Position numbers and translations under genes: made by a program. Positions 48,893-50,214 of a stretch of 50,214 nucleotides of DNA are shown in pieces. Below the pieces are notes generated by a model that searched no databases, was not told the DNA's origin, and saw only the letters and a program-made list of their open reading frames with translations. The DNA is from Acidimicrobiaceae bacterium (GTDB lineage: Bacteria; Actinomycetota; Acidimicrobiia; Acidimicrobiales; RAAP-2), in contig PKZO01000009.1 in the NCBI GenBank assembly GCA_003133125.1, forward strand, positions 322 to 50,535, written 5' to 3'. Every line of letters begins with the position of its first letter. The first letter of the stretch is position 1.

Positions 48893-49807
48893 CTAGTAGC
48901 CTTCTTCGACGTCAATTACACCGACGAGGGTCTCGCCTCGCTGGTATCGTCCAAGATTCGCCACGAAGAGGTCGATCGCGCCCGAGAGGAACGGGACGCC
49001 GGTCCACGAGGCGTGCGGGGTCAAGAACACTTTGGGGTGCGAATACAACCAGTGCCCCGAAGGCAGTGGCTCGGGGACGCACACGTCGAGTGAGGCGCGG
49101 GCCACTCTTCCGTCATCGAGCGCGCGACGAAGAGCGTCCTGATCGATCAGAGTGCCGCGCGCGACGTTGACCAGGTGCACGCCTGGCTTTACGAGCGACA
49201 AGGTCTCGTCGTTGATGAGTCCCTTCGTGAGGGGCGTACTCGGTACGCACAGCACCAGGTGGTCGAGTTCGGGCAGGAGCGCTGGAAGTTCGTCAACGAT
49301 TCTGACGCCCGGCACTTCACTCGGGGCAGCGGATCGCCGTAGCGCACTCACCGACATCCCAAAGGCTTGGGCCAGCACCGCCACGCGCTGTCCAATGCCA
49401 CCGAAACCAACGAGTCCGAGACGCTGGTGGACCAGACCGACCGTCGCTTGGAAGTTCCACATCTCGGGGGCGTCCTTGATCCAAAATTCGGGAAAGTTGC
49501 GTGCGCTCGCGAGCATCGCCGCGAGCACGTATTCGCCAATGGGAATCGCCCCCGCTCCCTTGGCGCACGTAACGAGCGGCGCGTCTAACAGGATCGGGTT
49601 CACGCCATCAATGCCAGTCCCGGGCAACTGGATCCAGGCCACCCCTGACGTCGCTGCGTCGAGCGACTTCTGGTCGTAACCCGAGAACAGCACGGCGTCG
49701 CGGGGAATCGGTCCCGCAAAGGACGCCAGATCGATCACGTCCATCTCGGGAAAGGCCCGTCGCACCGGGTCGACAACTTGGGTCACCCCGCACAGCACCG
49801 TCGTCAC
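48893..49807 (-). CDS. D-isomer-specific 2-hydroxyacid dehydrogenase family protein
   Basis: GFGGIG, NVARG, LDVCVPEP, TPHAS; AGGAGG SD before GTG 49807. Confidence 0.9.
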   Translation of the reverse strand: MTTVLCGVTQVVDPVRRAFPEMDVIDLASFAGPIPRDAVLFSGYDQKSLDAATSGVAWIQLPGTGIDGVNPILLDAPLVTCAKGAGAIPIGEYVLAAMLASARNFPEFWIKDAPEMWNFQATVGLVHQRLGLVGFGGIGQRVAVLAQAFGMSVSALRRSAAPSEVPGVRIVDELPALLPELDHLVLCVPSTPLTKGLINDETLSLVKPGVHLVNVARGTLIDQDALRRALDDGRVARASLDVCVPEPLPSGHWLYSHPKVFLTPHASWTGVPFLSGAIDLFVANLGRYQRGETLVGVIDVEEGY

Positions 49808-49888
49808 CTGAACTCCTCCTACTCTGTCGCCCACGTAGCCCGAGTCGACCTTATTGGACGACCTCGTCAAGCGCGACGAACGTACCGA

Positions 49889-50214
49889 CTAACCAATCAG
49901 CGATTCCAGATGCTCACGGACTCGCGGCCATTCGTCCTTGGTAACCGAGAACATCGCACTGTCACGATAGAGACCCTCTTCACCCTCCACCACCGACGGC
50001 TGCCACCGGCGCAAAACACCTTCGAAGGTGGCGCCGAGTCGCAGTATCGCTGCTCTCGAGCGCGCGTTGCGCGCGTCAGTCTTCAGGTCGACCCGTGTCA
50101 CGCCCCAGGTTTCGAAGGCGTGGCGCATCAGCAGGAACTTCGCCTCGCCGTTGATGCCGGTCCGCTGGGCACCGGCACCGAGCCAGGTCCCACCGATCTC
50201 GACCGCGAAGGGCA
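49889..50214 (-). CDS. RimJ/RimL-type GNAT protein, 3' part (runs off window)
   Basis: VEIGGTWL..AQRTGINGEAKFLLMRHAFE..RVDLKTDARN.RSRAAI.RLGA.FEG.LR. Confidence 0.9.
   Translation of the reverse strand, partial: PFAVEIGGTWLGAGAQRTGINGEAKFLLMRHAFETWGVTRVDLKTDARNARSRAAILRLGATFEGVLRRWQPSVVEGEEGLYRDSAMFSVTKDEWPRVREHLESLIG

Overview
High-GC actinobacterial chromosome segment. Gene content and promoter style suggest Acidimicrobiia (inference). It holds about 55 CDSs and two tRNA-Ser genes. Core genes are gnd (3' end), gluconokinase, serB, recA, cinA-pgsA-rimO, typA and pheA. Accessory genes include a ferredoxin plus two tandem cytochrome P450s, a Baeyer-Villiger monooxygenase, an S66 peptidase, a glycerol-kinase-like/flavin-oxidoreductase cassette headed by a decayed permease, a polar amino-acid ABC transporter, a secreted sedolisin and a secreted repeat/glycoside-hydrolase-like protein, a TetR-epimerase unit, a PLP decarboxylase, an agmatinase-family enzyme, a ClC channel and several GNATs. 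recA carries a 362-aa LAGLIDADG intein and has both a LexA box and a PafBC/RecA-NDp-type promoter. The most unusual element is a translationally coupled pair of apparently catalytically degenerate RecB-like PD-(D/E)XK proteins (29073-30667) behind a similar PafBC-type motif. Other notable items are a split ClpC2-like HTH + Clp-N unit with twin operators, two likely leaderless small proteins, and pervasive leaderless promoter architecture. I saw no CRISPR array, integrase or transposase. All assignments come from motif recognition by eye, with no database searches.
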